From an uncultured beta proteobacterium (GTDB taxonomy: Bacteria > Pseudomonadota > Gammaproteobacteria > Burkholderiales > SG8-39), in contig CAVUSZ010000019.1 of assembly GCA_963744255.1 (NCBI GenBank), positions 11,096 through 75,095 on the forward strand: 64,000 nt of DNA, read 5' to 3'. Made by a program: the position numbers and the translations under genes. A model generated the notes under the pieces. The model did no database searches. It had not been told where the DNA came from and worked only from the letters and a program-made list of their open reading frames with translations. This document shows positions 62,132 through 64,000 of the stretch, in pieces (positions within the stretch are counted from its first letter, which is position 1; each line of letters starts with the position of its first letter).

Positions 62132-63544
62132 GTGCGGTACGTCAGCACCCGCGGCGGCATGGCGCCGGCCGCGTTCACCGATATCCTCCTCGAAGGACTT
62201 GCGCCCGATGGCGGGCTGACGACGCCGGAGCGCTATCCGCGCGTCGACCGCGCGACGCTCGCCGCCTGGCGGCGGCTCGACTATCGCGAGCTCGCGCTCG
62301 AGATCCTCGCGCTCTATCTCGGCGAAATCCCGCGCGCGGAGCTGAAGGGGATCGTCGACAGTACCTACACGGCACAGGTCTTCGGCTCCGACGAGATCAC
62401 ACCGGTGAGGACGCTCGAGCCGGGGCTGCATCTCCTCGGGCTCTCGAACGGCCCGACACTGGCGTTCAAGGACATCGCGATGCAGCTCCTCGGGGGGCTG
62501 TTCGAGCACGTGCTCGCGCGTCGCCGCGAGACGCTCAACATCCTGGGCGCGACCTCCGGCGACACCGGCTCGGCCGCGGAGTACGCGATGCGAGGGCGGC
62601 AGGGCATCCGCGTCTTCATGCTCTCGCCGCACGGCAGGATGAGCCCGTTCCAGACGGCGCAGATGTACTCGCTCGTCGATCCGAGCGTGTTCAACCTGGC
62701 GGTGCGCGGGGTGTTCGACGACTGTCAGGACGTCGTAAAGCGCGTCTCGGGCGACGCCGCGTTCAAGGCCCGCTACCGCATCGGCACGGTGAACTCGATC
62801 AACTGGGCCCGGGTCCTGGCGCAGGTCGTGTACTACTTCAAGGCGTACTTCGCGGTCACACGCGGCGACGACGACGAGGTGTCGTTCGCGGTGCCTACGG
62901 GCAACTTCGGCAACGTGTGCGCTGGGCACGTGGCGCGGATGATGGGGCTCCCGATCCGGCGCCTCGTCGTCGCCACCAACGAGAACGACGTCCTCGACGA
63001 GTTCTTCCGCACCGGGCGCTACGGCGGTCGACGGAGCGCGGACGTGTTCGCGACCTCGAGCCCGTCGATGGACATCTCGAAGGCGTCCAACTTCGAGCGC
63101 TTCGTGTTCGACCTCGTCGGGCGCAATCCGCAGACGGTCGCCGCGCTATGGCGCGAGCTCGATGCGGCGGGCGAGTTCGACCTCGCCGGCACGCGGCACT
63201 TCGCGCGCGTCCGCGACTTCGGGTTCGTGTCGGCCCGGAGCTCCCACGCTGACCGGCTCGCGGCGATCCGCGAGATCGACCGCCGCTACGGCGTGGTCGT
63301 GGATCCGCATACCGCCGACGGCATCAACGCCGGACTCGCCTGCCGCGAGGCCGGGGTTCCGCTCGTCTGTCTCGAGACGGCGCTGCCGGCGAAGTTCGAC
63401 GCGACGATCCGCGAAGCGCTCGGGCGCGCGCCGCCGCGACCCCCGGCCTATGACGGGCTCGAGTCGGACCCGCAGCGGTTCGAGGTGATCGACCCGGACG
63501 TCGAAGCAGTGAAGGCGTATATCGCGCAGCGCGCGACAGAGTGA
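62132..63544 (+). CDS. thrC: Threonine synthase
   Basis: GTG start giving VRYVSTRGG, and the PLP-lysine block GPTLAFKDIAMQ. Confidence 0.9.
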   Translation: MRYVSTRGGMAPAAFTDILLEGLAPDGGLTTPERYPRVDRATLAAWRRLDYRELALEILALYLGEIPRAELKGIVDSTYTAQVFGSDEITPVRTLEPGLHLLGLSNGPTLAFKDIAMQLLGGLFEHVLARRRETLNILGATSGDTGSAAEYAMRGRQGIRVFMLSPHGRMSPFQTAQMYSLVDPSVFNLAVRGVFDDCQDVVKRVSGDAAFKARYRIGTVNSINWARVLAQVVYYFKAYFAVTRGDDDEVSFAVPTGNFGNVCAGHVARMMGLPIRRLVVATNENDVLDEFFRTGRYGGRRSADVFATSSPSMDISKASNFERFVFDLVGRNPQTVAALWRELDAAGEFDLAGTRHFARVRDFGFVSARSSHADRLAAIREIDRRYGVVVDPHTADGINAGLACREAGVPLVCLETALPAKFDATIREALGRAPPRPPAYDGLESDPQRFEVIDPDVEAVKAYIAQRATE

Positions 63545-63546
63545 GA

Positions 63547-64000
63547 TCAGGGCGTCGCCTGCCCGGGAGCAATGACGAACACCCGTTCGCTTTCCGGCAG
63601 CACGTCGATTCGGACCCAGTTCACCGTCGGCGACCCGAACACCTCGACCCGGGTAAAGTTCGTCAGGCGGTCGAACGTTAGCGGGTCGGTCAGCGGCTGG
63701 TCGATGCGGTAGCGGTGCCCGTCGCCGTGGATCAAAAGCATCGGCTTGCCGAGCGCCGCGGCGTGTAACCGCAACGCTTGGCGCCAGGCCTCGTAGCCGT
63801 CGCCCCGGCCCGGCTCCGCGCCAAACGTCGGATCGCCATGCGCGAAGACGGCGAGCCCCCGCATCGCCGGCTGTCGCGCCAGCGCGACCGCCTCGGCGAG
63901 CCACGCGAAGTTCGCGCGCATGCGCGCGGCATGCTCCGCGAAGTTCCTGCTCATGCGCCGGGCGGTGTCCGCGTCCGGCGCCGTGCCGTGCCCGAGGTTG
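63547..64000 (-). CDS. Metallophosphoesterase-family protein, C-terminal part (runs off the window)
   Basis: MLLIHGDGHRYRIDQP and VEVFGSP blocks. The frame stays open upstream of the listed Met up to position 64000. Confidence 0.55.
   Translation of the reverse strand, partial: NLGHGTAPDADTARRMSRNFAEHAARMRANFAWLAEAVALARQPAMRGLAVFAHGDPTFGAEPGRGDGYEAWRQALRLHAAALGKPMLLIHGDGHRYRIDQPLTDPLTFDRLTNFTRVEVFGSPTVNWVRIDVLPESERVFVIAPGQATP

Overview
GC-rich (about two-thirds G+C by eye) chromosomal window. The gene order looks betaproteobacterial (Burkholderiales/Rhodocyclales-like). About 29-64 kb is a dense, syntenic housekeeping backbone: accA-tilS, ndk-rlmN-pilW-rodZ-ispG-hisS-yfgM-bamB-der, hfq-hflX-hflK-hflC-DUF2065-hisZ-purA, tRNA-Leu(CAG), rnr-rlmB, rpsF-priB-rpsR-rplI-dnaB, phoH/bcp, alaC-GNAT-hom-thrC. 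The first about 29 kb is more accessory. It holds a Wzx-like flippase, an extra FtsH paralog with nadX, a five-gene Liv-type ABC amino-acid importer, several gene-fragment graveyards, and two islet-like insertions. The best candidate for an undescribed system is at 13.3-17.5 kb. It encodes an 81-aa precursor peptide with a classic double-glycine leader (..LELTPAQTEEVSGG | IGFVNPIIYGGPFFTSAVNPASMPGLGAGKTVGF). Downstream follow an unrecognised soluble 8-cysteine 144-aa protein, a CvaA/HlyD-type adaptor, and a C39-peptidase ABC exporter (CvaB-like). This is a microcin/RiPP-like export locus in a Gram-negative background. I cannot match the core peptide or the accessory protein to any named family. 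Other leads are a lower-GC islet encoding an orphan secreted Cys-rich 410-aa protein beside a decayed recombinase, two related terminator-proximal RNA-like elements, and a small minus-strand unit at 55.1-55.4 kb whose reading frame echoes the microcin core. There is also a striking set of single-base (+1) frame breaks: five in one SDR gene, one in the PCAT exporter and one in rpsF. These need resequencing before any pseudogene claim. All family assignments come from motif recall and reading the provided translations; no searches were run.
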